64,000 nucleotides of DNA from an uncultured Candidatus Marinamargulisbacteria bacterium (GCA_964517775.1 CAZFCP010000008.1:23369-87368), one strand, 5' to 3'; positions 37,742 through 47,447 are shown, counted from the first letter of the stretch. Notes: generated by a model not told the origin, from the sequence alone. Numbers and translations: made by a program.

Positions 37742-40471
37742 TTAATGTTGAAACTGATGGATGGCGGCCTCACAGCGGGCACAAACCTTGTCGTGATTGA
37801 TGGGCAGAAAACGCCAGCACCGTTCACATTTTTCTTCTGTTGTTTTTCCAACTTTGATGTCTGATAATGCCGAATTTACGGTCACTTTGCTGACAATCAA
37901 AAACGATTCCCAGTCTTGAAATCCAAAACCGTCCGGAATTTCTACAACCGCTTCAAGAAAGGTTTTGATGGTTTTGTCGGCCCGTAATGGCTCGAGTTGT
38001 TGATAAACGGCGTCTCTTGCCGACAATAACGACTGAACCGTTTTTTGCAAAGACGGATTATCCCAGTCCGGTTGCTCTGCCGGGTAGGCCAGATCATGCA
38101 CGGATGGTGTCGATTTATCTGAGAAATAGGCGTAGGCATCGTCCATGGTGAAGGCTAAAATCGGGGCACAAAGCTTCAATAATGTGGTGACGATGTGATG
38201 CAAAACGGTTTGAGTACTTCTGCGTTCGTGACTGTCTTTTTTGCCGCAATACAGCCTGTCTTTTACCATATCCAGATACATCGAGCTTAACGTAATTGCA
38301 CAAAAATGATGAACAGCCTGTGTAAGCAGATGAAACTCATAGTTTTTATACTGATGAGTGACGGTTTTGATAAGCGTGTTCAGCTCTAATAACGCCCATT
38401 GATCCAAAGTGTTTAGCTTTTCATACGAGATGGCATCTGTGGTGCTGTTAAAATCAAACAGGTTACTTAAACAGAACCTCATGGTATTTCTTACTTTGGA
38501 GTAGCTGTCCCTGCATTGATTTAAAATGGATTGAGAAATCGCAATATCATTTTTAAAATCCGTACTCGCAATCCACCATCTCAACACATCGGCGCCGTAA
38601 TCCTTGATAACCTGCTCGGGAGAAATCACGTTCCCCATGGATTTGCTCATTTTCCGGCCTTTATCATCCACCAGAAAACCATGCGTTAAAACCGCTTTGT
38701 ACGGAGCTTTCCCCAACGCACCAACCCCAATCAGCAGAGACGATTGAAACCACCCCCGATGCTGATCCGACCCTTCAAGGTACAAATCCGCCTGAGTATG
38801 TTCCGCTCCAAATTGTGAAAGCACCGTAGCAAAACTCGCCCCGGATTCGAACCACACATCCAGAATATCCGTCTCTTTTTCAAACGCCGTCCCGCCACAT
38901 TTAGAGCAGGCCGCACCAGTCGGAAGCAGTTCCTCCGCCGATTTATCAAACCATAATTGCGTTCCATGTTGTTTAACGGCCTCTACAACCGCTTTGTTAA
39001 ATGGCCCGGTTAGTTCCGAATGGCTGCAGGTTTTGCAGGTAAACGCCGGGATGGGAATGCCCCAAAAACGTTGCCGTGAAATACACCAGTCCGGTCTGTT
39101 TTCAATCATCGATGTAATGCGGTTTTCACCCCATGCCGGATACCAGGTTGTCGCCTTGATAGCCTCCAACGCCGATTGACGCAGGGTTTTGCCCGTATGC
39201 GGCATGATTTTATCCATGGCAACAAACCATTGCTGGGTAGCCCTGAAAATCACAGGGTTTTTACAGCGCCAGCAATGCGGATACGAGTGAGTAATAAATT
39301 TTAATTTCAGAAGATTCCCTTTTTCTTCCAGACGCTGACCGATGGCTTTGTTAGCCTCAAAAACCGGTGTTCCAGCCCATTCTACGTCCTGAGTAAAACG
39401 GCCCTTTCCGTCTACGGGCATGATGGTTGGCAATCCGTATTCAAGCCCAACTTTATAGTCGTCCTGACCGTGTCCAGGTGCAATGTGTACAAAGCCCGTT
39501 CCGTCTTCTTTTGTTACGTAATCAGCGGTTACAACCGTCGATGTCCGACCCAAAAATGGGTGATTGGCTACCGTGTTTTTTAGTTCTGCTCCTGAAAGCG
39601 AGCCTAAAATGTCTGTGTCTTGAAGATCTAAAAGTGCGGTCAATGGTTCTACAAGCTCCTGAACCATAACCAGGCAGCCTTTTGAGGACTTCAAAACGAC
39701 ATAGGTAAACTCGGGATGAGCCGCGATGGCTACGTTGGCTGGCAATGTCCACGGTGTTGTTGTCCACACCATAACCGATACAGGTTCATTCCCGGCGATT
39801 TTTGCTAAAGCCTCGCTAGGTGTTTGAACAGGAAATTTAATATAAATAGAGGGAGATTTATGATCGGCGTATTCGATTTCAGCCTCAGCCAATGCTGTTT
39901 CGCAATGGGTACACCAGTGAATCGGTTTTGATCCTCGATACACCAGCCCGTTTTCTGCCATTTTCCCGAACATCGCAAGCACATTAGCCTCATATTCCGG
40001 ATTTAGGGTCAGGTACGGTTTTTCCCAGTAGCCACGAATCCCCAACCGTTTAAAATCGTTACGCTGAGTCTCAACATACGACAAAGCAAACTGCTTACAG
40101 CGTTCCCGAAACCAGGGAATATCTTTCTTTTTTTCTTCTTCCTTATTTTTTTGAAGCTCTTTAATAACCTGTGTTTCAATCGGTAATCCATGACAGTCCC
40201 AGCCTGGAACATAAGGCGAATAGTGCCCGTTCATGGTATTAAATCTCACAATAATATCTTTTAAAATCTTATTTAAAGCATGCCCCATATGGATGTTTCC
40301 GTTAGGGTAAGGCGGACCGTCATGCAAAATAAACGATGACGATTGAGGCTGCGGATTGTAAGCTGTTTTCTCCCAATCTTCTAAAAAACGAGGCTCGACA
40401 GTTGCAAGTCCGGCACGGATGGAAAACTCGGTTTGAGGAAGATTAACCGTATCTTTTAATGAAATGGGCAT
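37742..40471 (-). CDS. ileS: Isoleucine--tRNA ligase (type 1)
   Basis: LHDGPPYPNG, HMGH, WCISRQRFWG, KMSKS, C-terminal CERCW Zn finger. Confidence 0.98.
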   Translation of the reverse strand: MPISLKDTVNLPQTEFSIRAGLATVEPRFLEDWEKTAYNPQPQSSSFILHDGPPYPNGNIHMGHALNKILKDIIVRFNTMNGHYSPYVPGWDCHGLPIETQVIKELQKNKEEEKKKDIPWFRERCKQFALSYVETQRNDFKRLGIRGYWEKPYLTLNPEYEANVLAMFGKMAENGLVYRGSKPIHWCTHCETALAEAEIEYADHKSPSIYIKFPVQTPSEALAKIAGNEPVSVMVWTTTPWTLPANVAIAAHPEFTYVVLKSSKGCLVMVQELVEPLTALLDLQDTDILGSLSGAELKNTVANHPFLGRTSTVVTADYVTKEDGTGFVHIAPGHGQDDYKVGLEYGLPTIMPVDGKGRFTQDVEWAGTPVFEANKAIGQRLEEKGNLLKLKFITHSYPHCWRCKNPVIFRATQQWFVAMDKIMPHTGKTLRQSALEAIKATTWYPAWGENRITSMIENRPDWCISRQRFWGIPIPAFTCKTCSHSELTGPFNKAVVEAVKQHGTQLWFDKSAEELLPTGAACSKCGGTAFEKETDILDVWFESGASFATVLSQFGAEHTQADLYLEGSDQHRGWFQSSLLIGVGALGKAPYKAVLTHGFLVDDKGRKMSKSMGNVISPEQVIKDYGADVLRWWIASTDFKNDIAISQSILNQCRDSYSKVRNTMRFCLSNLFDFNSTTDAISYEKLNTLDQWALLELNTLIKTVTHQYKNYEFHLLTQAVHHFCAITLSSMYLDMVKDRLYCGKKDSHERRSTQTVLHHIVTTLLKLCAPILAFTMDDAYAYFSDKSTPSVHDLAYPAEQPDWDNPSLQKTVQSLLSARDAVYQQLEPLRADKTIKTFLEAVVEIPDGFGFQDWESFLIVSKVTVNSALSDIKVGKTTEEKCERCWRFLPINHDKVCARCEAAIHQFQH

Positions 40472-40571
40472 AGTCGCAAGTCCTTAAACAAGGTAGAATA
40501 AAACAACACATAATGATTGTGTCTAGATGTCTGATCAGTATACAAAATTTAGGGAAAAAGGACTACAAGGT

Positions 40572-41024
40572 ATGAGAATGCGCATGATGATGTTTTTGCT
40601 GATGGTTTGCCTCGTTTACCCTGCTTTCGGACAAACAAAAGGCACAACATCCAAATCAGCTAACTCAAAATCCAAAAACGAAAAAACAGATACGGTCAAA
40701 AAAAATCCCATACAAACAGCCTCCAAATCAAAATCTGAAAATTCAGATGACTCGAAATCCCAAAAAAATGAAGAAAAGCTAAAAGCCAACGAAATCGAAT
40801 TTTCAGGCATGGTAGAAGTCAGCTCTTTTAAAAACAACGAACCTCAGGGCTTAAGCGTATGGACGGTATTTCCCGTTGTAAAAGACGATGTAAGCCGCAC
40901 CCTGCTAAAATCCTCACATAAAATGATGAAAATTAAGGGACAGTTGGTTGAAGAAAAGCCGGGGAAATGGGTGTTGAAAATCAAAAAGGCCGAGTCTATT
41001 GAAGAGGCGCCGTTGGATATTTAG
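40572..41024 (+). CDS. Hypothetical exported protein with S/K-rich linker
   Basis: Signal peptide, low-complexity linker, compact C-terminal domain; start uncertain (40527-40584). Confidence 0.65.
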   Translation: MRMRMMMFLLMVCLVYPAFGQTKGTTSKSANSKSKNEKTDTVKKNPIQTASKSKSENSDDSKSQKNEEKLKANEIEFSGMVEVSSFKNNEPQGLSVWTVFPVVKDDVSRTLLKSSHKMMKIKGQLVEEKPGKWVLKIKKAESIEEAPLDI

Positions 41025-41035
41025 GGATACGACTT

Positions 41036-41409
41036 GTCATTCCAGCGTAGGCTGGAATCTAGTTCAAAACTTAGAGTCTAGAAAATCGATTGATAAATCT
41101 TTCCACTCTGGATTTTGATTTTCAATTAAATTTATTTTCCAAGCTCTTTTCCATGTTTTAATTTGTTTTTCCCTTGTTATAGCTGCTTGAATATTATGTC
41201 CGTACTCATAGTAAACGAGTGTTTTAATCCCATATTTTTTAGTGAAGCCCTCGATTAATCCTTGCTGGTGTTCATAAATTCTACGAGTTAGGTCAGATGT
41301 TACTCCTGTGTATAAGGTGCCGTTTTTTGAGCTTGCCAAGATATATACCCAGTATGTTTTTTCCATTTAGAGCGAAATTATACTGGATTCCAGCCTGCGC
41401 TGGAATGAC
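41036..41409. mobile_element. GIY-YIG nuclease cassette bounded by inverted hairpin repeats
   Basis: GTCATTCCAGCGTAGGCTGGAATCTAG (41036-41062) and the inverse GTCATTCCAGCGCAGGCTGGAATCCAG (41383-41409), 25/27 identical, tightly enclose the gene. Confidence 0.85.
41064..41366 (-). CDS. GIY-YIG nuclease (YhbQ/UPF0213-like)
   Basis: YWVYIL...TLYTGVT.DL.RRI.EH, AITREKQIK.W.R.WK..LIE..NP.W.DL. Confidence 0.95.
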   Translation of the reverse strand: MEKTYWVYILASSKNGTLYTGVTSDLTRRIYEHQQGLIEGFTKKYGIKTLVYYEYGHNIQAAITREKQIKTWKRAWKINLIENQNPEWKDLSIDFLDSKF

Positions 41410-41495
41410 AAACAAAAGGCTGGAATGGCAAACGAGAGTGGTATGGTAAGTAAAAGGTTTGCATGGCAAATAAAAGGCTAGAATGAGAAACGATA
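41400..41495. repeat. Decaying 18-20 nt tandem tail derived from the repeat end (CTGGAATGAC...)
   Basis: Units CTGGAATGACAAACAAAAGG / CTGGAATGGCAAACGAGA / GTGGTATGGTAAGTAAAAGG / TTTGCATGGCAAATAAAAGG / CTAGAATGAGAAACGATA. Confidence 0.7.
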
Positions 41496-41565
41496 CATGG
41501 AGAAGCTTAATTCTGAGTATGATTTATAGATATTCCCGATCGAGAATATTTTTTGAAAAACACCT

Positions 41566-41638
41566 AAAAACACCATGAAAAAATACAACAGCACTATAAG
41601 ATTTTCATGGTGTTTTTCTAAAATTCCACCATGAAAAT
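41566..41638. repeat. Three copies of CACCATGAAAA (two form a 16-bp inverted repeat)
   Basis: AAAAACACCATGAAAA 41566-41581, TTTTCATGGTGTTTTT 41602-41617, CACCATGAAAA about 41627-41637. Confidence 0.7.
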
Positions 41639-41650
41639 TGTATAATCAAA

Positions 41651-41706
41651 AAAATCCCCTTCCCAGAAGGGGTGGCAGCGCAGCTGACGGGGTAGTCTGT
41701 AGCTAT
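41651..41706. repeat. Solo outer arm of the nested element
   Basis: AAAATCCCCTTCCCAGAAGGGGTGGCAGCGCAGCTGACGGGGTAGTCTGTAGCTAT, near-identical to 9735-9786; overlaps the fdhD-like stop codon. Confidence 0.9.
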
Positions 41707-42380
41707 AAATACTGCGTATACCGCGTCCCCCTCGCAAATCCAATAATCGTAATATTATTATCCTTCGCATTTTGATACGCCTTATCCGTAGGCCCTAACC
41801 GAGAAATCACCATTCTCGCGCCAATCGCTTTGGCCTCCTCAACGATCCACGCGTCGATTTTTCCCGATAACATCAGAATCGAAGGCGCTGGCTGCTCCTT
41901 GGACACACAAAGTCCAAGCGTTTTATACCAGGCGTTTTTACGGGATAAATCCTCTGCAAAATAAACAATCTGTTTCGGGGTAGCCAGGGCGGCACTGTGG
42001 CTGATCGAAACATCCTTATACAACATGGATTTTTCCTGAAACGAGGCTGTTAGCTGAAAAATCACAGCCGCCGGTAAACTGAGAACCTCCGTTTGAGCCT
42101 GTTGTTGTTGCTGCTGTTGTTGCTGACCCGATTTCAACGACACCGAACACAGCGGACTGTCCACGGTTATCTTTTCAATATCCTGCATTCCTGAAATAAA
42201 GGCTTTGCTTTTTAAATAGCCAACCATCGCTTCTTTTTCCAGGTTTGGGGTCAATGAAAAAACCTGATTTTTCACGCCGTTTATAACCAGTTCCAGCTCT
42301 TTTTCCATGCCTAAATTTTCATTGCTTTTACGGTGTTTGTTGTCATCGTGTTTGATGACGGTTACGGTTCTCATCCACAT
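41703..42380 (-). CDS. fdhD: FdhD/NarQ-like protein, divergent, with poly-Gln
   Basis: EKELELVING, TP..EKEAMVGYL.S, HSAAL, EDLSRKNA..K..G, SGKI, TIIGFARG; 9 Gln codons at 42099-42125. Confidence 0.8.
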   Translation of the reverse strand: MWMRTVTVIKHDDNKHRKSNENLGMEKELELVINGVKNQVFSLTPNLEKEAMVGYLKSKAFISGMQDIEKITVDSPLCSVSLKSGQQQQQQQQQAQTEVLSLPAAVIFQLTASFQEKSMLYKDVSISHSAALATPKQIVYFAEDLSRKNAWYKTLGLCVSKEQPAPSILMLSGKIDAWIVEEAKAIGARMVISRLGPTDKAYQNAKDNNITIIGFARGTRYTQYL

Positions 42381-42390
42381 AAAAAAATTC

Positions 42391-43191
42391 CTAGTCTACC
42401 TCGACCATTACGAGGGTTTGATCGTCTTTTAAGATTTCTGATTGCGAAAATGAGGCTATTCCAAAGTAAATATCCTCTAACTGCTGCGATAAGGCTGATT
42501 TGGATGTAAAACGGATTAACGCTTCCCACCTGTCGGATCCGAATTCTTCTCCTTGAGGGTTTCTGGCTTCTAAAAGTCCGTCTGTATAAAAAATGATGCG
42601 GTCTCCTTTTTCAAGCGCCACTTCTGTTAGAGGATAGTCCTCATTGTCGAACATACCTAAAAACAGTCCGTTTTGAGAAAGAGGGGTAATTTGTCCCCGT
42701 CTTAAAAGCAAGGCTGGCGGATGTCCGGCATTGGAGATAAGCATTTTTTTATTTTGAGGATAAAAACGTGCCGAAATACCGGTGACATAACGGATTTGAG
42801 AGTTTTCGAGATAGGGGATCAACGTGTTGTTCGTAAGCTCCAATATCTGAGAAGGAGATTTTGCAGTTTTTAAAATTTCACCTAATAATCCAGATGTTAA
42901 AGCCATCACTAATGCTGACGATACGCCGTGTCCTGCTACATCTCCAAGAACAATGTCCAGACACTGTTGCCGCTGATCCTGATACTGAAAAATTCCAGAT
43001 TGCGACGACGACAGTGACCCTCCTGTCAGCGTATGGCCTTTAAACACATAAAAATCTCCGCCAACATTATCCGCCGGAATACACCGCTTTTCGATTTTAA
43101 ATCCCGGAATCTGAGGCGGCTCCACGGACAGAAGTCCCTGTTGTACTTTTTTGGCCATTTGAAGCTCTTGGGCGTACTGATCGTGTTGCAT
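42391..43191 (-). CDS. PP2C/SpoIIE (RsbU-like) Ser/Thr phosphatase
   Basis: VGGDFY, GDVAGHGVSSAL, NAGHPP, FYTDGLLEA, DDQTL; start at ATG 43191 with AAAGGA RBS, because the longer track ORF runs through the tRNA. Confidence 0.9.
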   Translation of the reverse strand: MQHDQYAQELQMAKKVQQGLLSVEPPQIPGFKIEKRCIPADNVGGDFYVFKGHTLTGGSLSSSQSGIFQYQDQRQQCLDIVLGDVAGHGVSSALVMALTSGLLGEILKTAKSPSQILELTNNTLIPYLENSQIRYVTGISARFYPQNKKMLISNAGHPPALLLRRGQITPLSQNGLFLGMFDNEDYPLTEVALEKGDRIIFYTDGLLEARNPQGEEFGSDRWEALIRFTSKSALSQQLEDIYFGIASFSQSEILKDDQTLVMVEVD

Positions 43192-43214
43192 TATTGCTGA
43201 AAATCCTTTACTAT
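43186..43214 (+). promoter_or_regulatory. Sigma70-type promoter for tRNA-Cys
   Basis: TTGCAT(43186-43191)-N17-TACTAT(43209-43214), 13 nt before the tRNA. Confidence 0.6.
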
Positions 43215-43227
43215 TGACCTCCGTTTT

Positions 43228-43301
<74 letters not shown>

Positions 43302-43318
43302 AAACATCGTGGGTTGGG

Positions 43319-44614
43319 TTATTTCTCGTAAACGTTCTGGTAGATAAAATCTACGTAGGCCATATATTTTTGTAGTGAGAAAATCTCTGAAATTTCAGCG
43401 TCACTCAGGGTTTCTGTAATACGGTTGTCTTCCCTGATTCTATCATCAAATAAGGTGCCTGAATTAAAGGCCTCGTGGGCATTTTTTTGTACCACACGGT
43501 AGGCATCTTCACGCAGCATGCCTTTATCAATCAATTTTAAAAGAAGCTGCTGGGAATAAAATACATTGTAAGACCGTTTGATATTGATGGCCATCTGATC
43601 CACATTCACGGTCATGCCTTTAATGACTCTGGTCATGATGGAGAACATGTAATCAAGATTGATGGTGGCATCAGGGAAAATAATCCGTTCAGCAGAGGAA
43701 TGTGAAATGTCACGCTCGTGCCATAAATTCTGATTTTCAAGCGCCGTTAACGCATACCCGCGAATGGTACGTGATAGTCCTGAAACCCGTTCACATAGAA
43801 TCGGATTCTTTTTATGCGGCATGGCTGAAGATCCTTTTTGTTTGTCTGAAAAAGGCTCTAAAATTTCATTTAATTCTGTTTTTTGAAGGGCACGGATTTC
43901 GGTAGCTAATTTATCTAATGTTCCGGCAATAATAGCTAAAGTCGTTATAAAATGAGCGTGTCTGTCCCGTTGCAGAATCTGTGTCGAGGCTTTTGACGGC
44001 TCCAGATCCAACAGCTCACACACCCGTTTTTCAACGGCCGGAGACATATGCGCGTAGTTGCCAACCGCACCTGATAATTTTCCAACCTTTGTCTGAGCCA
44101 TAGCCTGAACCAGACGCTCACGGTTGCGTTTCATTTCTTCGTAAAATACGGTTAGCTTTAAGCCCAATGTTGTAGGTTCTGCGTGAACACCGTGAGTTCT
44201 GCCCATGGCCGGTGTAAATTTATGAGTGTCAGCCTGTTTTTTAAGTTCGGTTTGGAAGTCGTCTATTGCGTTTAACAGTAAAGCTCCGGCATCCTGGATC
44301 AGCATGCTGAAGGCTGTATCCACCACATCGGAAGAGGTTAAACCAAGGTGAACGTAGCGCGAAGACGGGCCAACATGTTCGGCAACATTGGTTAAAAAGG
44401 CAATCACATCATGATGGATTTCAGCTTCAATTTCATCGATGCGTTTTACATCAAACTGGGCTTTTTCAATGATAATGTTCACATCATCCCATGGAATGGT
44501 TCCCATTTCAGCGTGAGCTTTGCAGGCGGCAATCTCAACATCCATCCATTTTTGAAATTTGTTATGAGGTTCCCACACAGCTTTCATGGGTTCACGGGAA
44601 TAACGGTTAATCAT
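43319..44614 (-). CDS. purB: Adenylosuccinate lyase
   Basis: HDVIAF, GRTHGVHAEPTT, GSSAMPHKKNP, WHERDISHSS. Confidence 0.97.
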   Translation of the reverse strand: MINRYSREPMKAVWEPHNKFQKWMDVEIAACKAHAEMGTIPWDDVNIIIEKAQFDVKRIDEIEAEIHHDVIAFLTNVAEHVGPSSRYVHLGLTSSDVVDTAFSMLIQDAGALLLNAIDDFQTELKKQADTHKFTPAMGRTHGVHAEPTTLGLKLTVFYEEMKRNRERLVQAMAQTKVGKLSGAVGNYAHMSPAVEKRVCELLDLEPSKASTQILQRDRHAHFITTLAIIAGTLDKLATEIRALQKTELNEILEPFSDKQKGSSAMPHKKNPILCERVSGLSRTIRGYALTALENQNLWHERDISHSSAERIIFPDATINLDYMFSIMTRVIKGMTVNVDQMAINIKRSYNVFYSQQLLLKLIDKGMLREDAYRVVQKNAHEAFNSGTLFDDRIREDNRITETLSDAEISEIFSLQKYMAYVDFIYQNVYEK

Positions 44615-44769
44615 CAGTACATCTCCTACGTTAAAATCACATTACATAATCTTTAAAATATTTTTAAATAATCCTTGGAAAGGGTACTAGGTTTTTTCTG
44701 CCAATACAACCGGCTTGATTTTGAAATTCTCCTCTTTTTTAACATGTCTCAGCGTGTCATAATAAGCTC

Positions 44770-45576
44770 ATGTCTGTGAAACATCTTAGAACCGCTGTTG
44801 TTCAGCTGAATAGCACGCCTGAAAAGTCGGAAAATCTGCACAGAGCGCTGGCTATGACTCAAACGGCCATCAATAATGGGGCTGAATTTATTGCGTTGCC
44901 TGAAATGTTTAACCTCCGTGGTGCCGGGCCGAATACATTTCACGAAAGTGAATCCATTCCGGGTCCAAGTCTCATCCCTTTTTTAAATTTATGTGCCGAT
45001 CATCACGTATGGATTTTAGCTGGAAGTCTGGCTGAAACCTCAGGAAAAAGAAAAGTGTATAACACCAGTGTGTTGCTTAGTCCTTTAGGTATTCATGCGG
45101 TATACAGAAAACTACATTTATTTGATGCTGAAGTTGAAAACAAACAGATTAGAGAGTCTGATACCTACGAATGTGGGAAAACGCCGGTTTTAACGGATAT
45201 TAAAGGCATTCCCATGGGCATGTCGATTTGTTACGACCTTCGTTTTCCAGAGTTGTATCAACGTTATTACCGCCATGGGGCTCAAATTCTATGCGTTCCA
45301 GCCTCCTTTACCGCACCTACGGGAGAAGCCCATTGGGAAGTTCTGCTTCGGGCACGGGCCATAGAAACCCAAAGTTATGTCATTGCACCCAATCAAACGG
45401 GCGTTGGAACAGGTGGGGTTCCTACCTACGGAAACAGTCTGATCATCGATCCCTGGGGCACGGTTTTAGCCAGAGGTAGCCGAGACAAAGAAGAATTGAT
45501 CATGAGCGTGCTGGATTTTGAACGTCTGGCCTCTCTGCGTCAACAATTTCCGTTATTGCATCATAAGCGGTTGTAA
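44770..45576 (+). CDS. Carbon-nitrogen hydrolase (Nit1/YbeM-like)
   Basis: LPE, YRKLHLFD, SICYDLRFPE, HWEVLLRARAIETQ. Confidence 0.93.
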   Translation: MSVKHLRTAVVQLNSTPEKSENLHRALAMTQTAINNGAEFIALPEMFNLRGAGPNTFHESESIPGPSLIPFLNLCADHHVWILAGSLAETSGKRKVYNTSVLLSPLGIHAVYRKLHLFDAEVENKQIRESDTYECGKTPVLTDIKGIPMGMSICYDLRFPELYQRYYRHGAQILCVPASFTAPTGEAHWEVLLRARAIETQSYVIAPNQTGVGTGGVPTYGNSLIIDPWGTVLARGSRDKEELIMSVLDFERLASLRQQFPLLHHKRL

Positions 45577-46673
45577 TGCCCGATTATGATCTCCTGATTG
45601 TTGGGGCAGGGCTTTACGGAGCAACAGTTACCTCACAGTATACGGCCTCAAAAAAACGGGTTCTGGTTATCGATAAACGGCCTCATATTGCCGGAAATGC
45701 CTATACGGAATCGGTTGAAGGTATTCAGGTGCATCGTTATGGTGCCCATATTTTTCATACGAGTAACAAACAGGTCTGGGATTTTGTAAATCAGTTTACA
45801 TCGTTTAATCATTATGTAAATCGTCCAAAAGTTAGGTTCAAAAACAAGCTGTTTTCTTTTCCCATAAATTTAATGACACTGTATCAGATTTGGGGCGTTC
45901 ACACTCCCGAAGAGGCCAAAAAAAAGTTGAACGAGGTTCGTCATAAAATTGACCATCCACACAATCTTGAAGAGTGGATCTTATCTCAGGTTGGAGCTGA
46001 ACTCTATGAGATTTTTATTAAAGGCTACACTCAAAAACAGTGGGGCGTTCATCCCTCAAAATTGCCGGCGGTTATTATCAAAAGACTGCCAATACGTCTT
46101 GATTTTAACGACAATTATTTTGAGGATTGTTATCAGGGCATTCCAAATGGCGGCTACACACAGATGGTGGCTAAAATGCTTGAGGGTGCGGATGTTCAGC
46201 TGGGAGAAGACTTTTTTGCAAAGCGGGAGTATTGGACATCAAAAGCCAAAGCCGTTTTGTTTACCGGCCCCATCGATGCCTATTTTGACTACTGTTACGG
46301 AGCTTTAGGCTACAGATCCTTACGATTTGATACAAAAACCCTCCAAAATCCAGATTTTCAGGGGAATGCTGTCATCAATTATACGGATGCAGAGATTCCT
46401 TTTACCCGCATTATCGAGCATAAACATTTTGATTTTCAGCCTCAATCGTCCCAAACGGTGGTAACCTGGGAATATCCTGAAACCTGGACCATCGGTAAAG
46501 AGCCGTATTATCCCCTTGGTGACGAGACTAATTTGTCTTTATACAAACGCTATAAAACTCTCGCTGAATCCGAGAAAAATGTGTTTTTTGGAGGTCGTTT
46601 AGCCGAATATCGGTATTATGATATGCATCATGTGATTGCAGCGGCTTTGGCGTTTTCAGGAAAGCTACAGTGA
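45576..46673 (+). CDS. glf: UDP-galactopyranose mutase
   Basis: VGAGLYG, HIAGNAY, HRYGAHIFHT, EPYYP, GRLAEYRYYDM. Confidence 0.97.
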   Translation: MPDYDLLIVGAGLYGATVTSQYTASKKRVLVIDKRPHIAGNAYTESVEGIQVHRYGAHIFHTSNKQVWDFVNQFTSFNHYVNRPKVRFKNKLFSFPINLMTLYQIWGVHTPEEAKKKLNEVRHKIDHPHNLEEWILSQVGAELYEIFIKGYTQKQWGVHPSKLPAVIIKRLPIRLDFNDNYFEDCYQGIPNGGYTQMVAKMLEGADVQLGEDFFAKREYWTSKAKAVLFTGPIDAYFDYCYGALGYRSLRFDTKTLQNPDFQGNAVINYTDAEIPFTRIIEHKHFDFQPQSSQTVVTWEYPETWTIGKEPYYPLGDETNLSLYKRYKTLAESEKNVFFGGRLAEYRYYDMHHVIAAALAFSGKLQ

Positions 46674-47447
46674 TGACGGTTCCATCACAAGAATAGCCAG
46701 GTTTTTAATACAGACGTTATACGATTTTACATAATGGAAATAAAACCCAAAAAGCCGTTCGGCGATAAAGGCAAAATCACGCTCATTTAAAGAACGATTT
46801 TCTGTGACGGCCTGCTCATCCAGACTGAATAGAAAATGAAATAACCAGTTCATAAACTCGTTAAAGTGGTCGTAGCGGGTTACAAATAACAGTGTGGGGT
46901 AAAAGACTTTTGTTTCAAAGAAGTACTGATCGAAGCGGTGTTTTAAGTCCGGGTATGTTTTATAAAAATGCCCAACAAACCACGAAAAATCACCATGACA
47001 TCCGTTGTACTGTTCGGCGATAGTTTGCCTAAAAACCATGGGTTTGGGAAGAATAATATCTGTTTTTTTTAGATGGTTAAGGAATAAGTCTGCTCGGGAA
47101 TAATGGGTTTCCCATTTTTGTGTGAGTTCCTCATGTGTTATGTGTGGATAATGATGCCGTTTTTTAAACCATAAAAACCTTTTTTTTAGCTCAAAAAATC
47201 GTCTGTAGTGGCAAAATCCGATAAAGTCGGTTTTGGGTGCATTTTTCCACACCCAATAATGGGCTGTAAGCTCGCCGTAAAGAGCATTTTTTGAAGAAAT
47301 ATGATCGCCAGTATTGTCCTGAATGGATTTTGGAAAAGTAGCGTTGATATCACAGCCGCTTTGAATGCTTTTTATAAAATCCGACTCTAAAACAGGATAA
47401 GCCGTATCTCTAAAATTAATAATGGAATAGAGGCTTAAATTACTCAT
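46665..47447 (-). CDS. DUF4422-family (galactofuranosyl)transferase
   Basis: DNTGDHISSKN..YGELTAHYWVWKN, GFCHYRRF, FIAERLF. Confidence 0.88.
   Translation of the reverse strand: MSNLSLYSIINFRDTAYPVLESDFIKSIQSGCDINATFPKSIQDNTGDHISSKNALYGELTAHYWVWKNAPKTDFIGFCHYRRFFELKKRFLWFKKRHHYPHITHEELTQKWETHYSRADLFLNHLKKTDIILPKPMVFRQTIAEQYNGCHGDFSWFVGHFYKTYPDLKHRFDQYFFETKVFYPTLLFVTRYDHFNEFMNWLFHFLFSLDEQAVTENRSLNERDFAFIAERLFGFYFHYVKSYNVCIKNLAILVMEPSSL

Noticed and set aside
40472-40571. T-box leader upstream of ileS
   Set aside because: The intergenic space is about 100 bp or less and shared with a divergent gene; no T-box motif seen.
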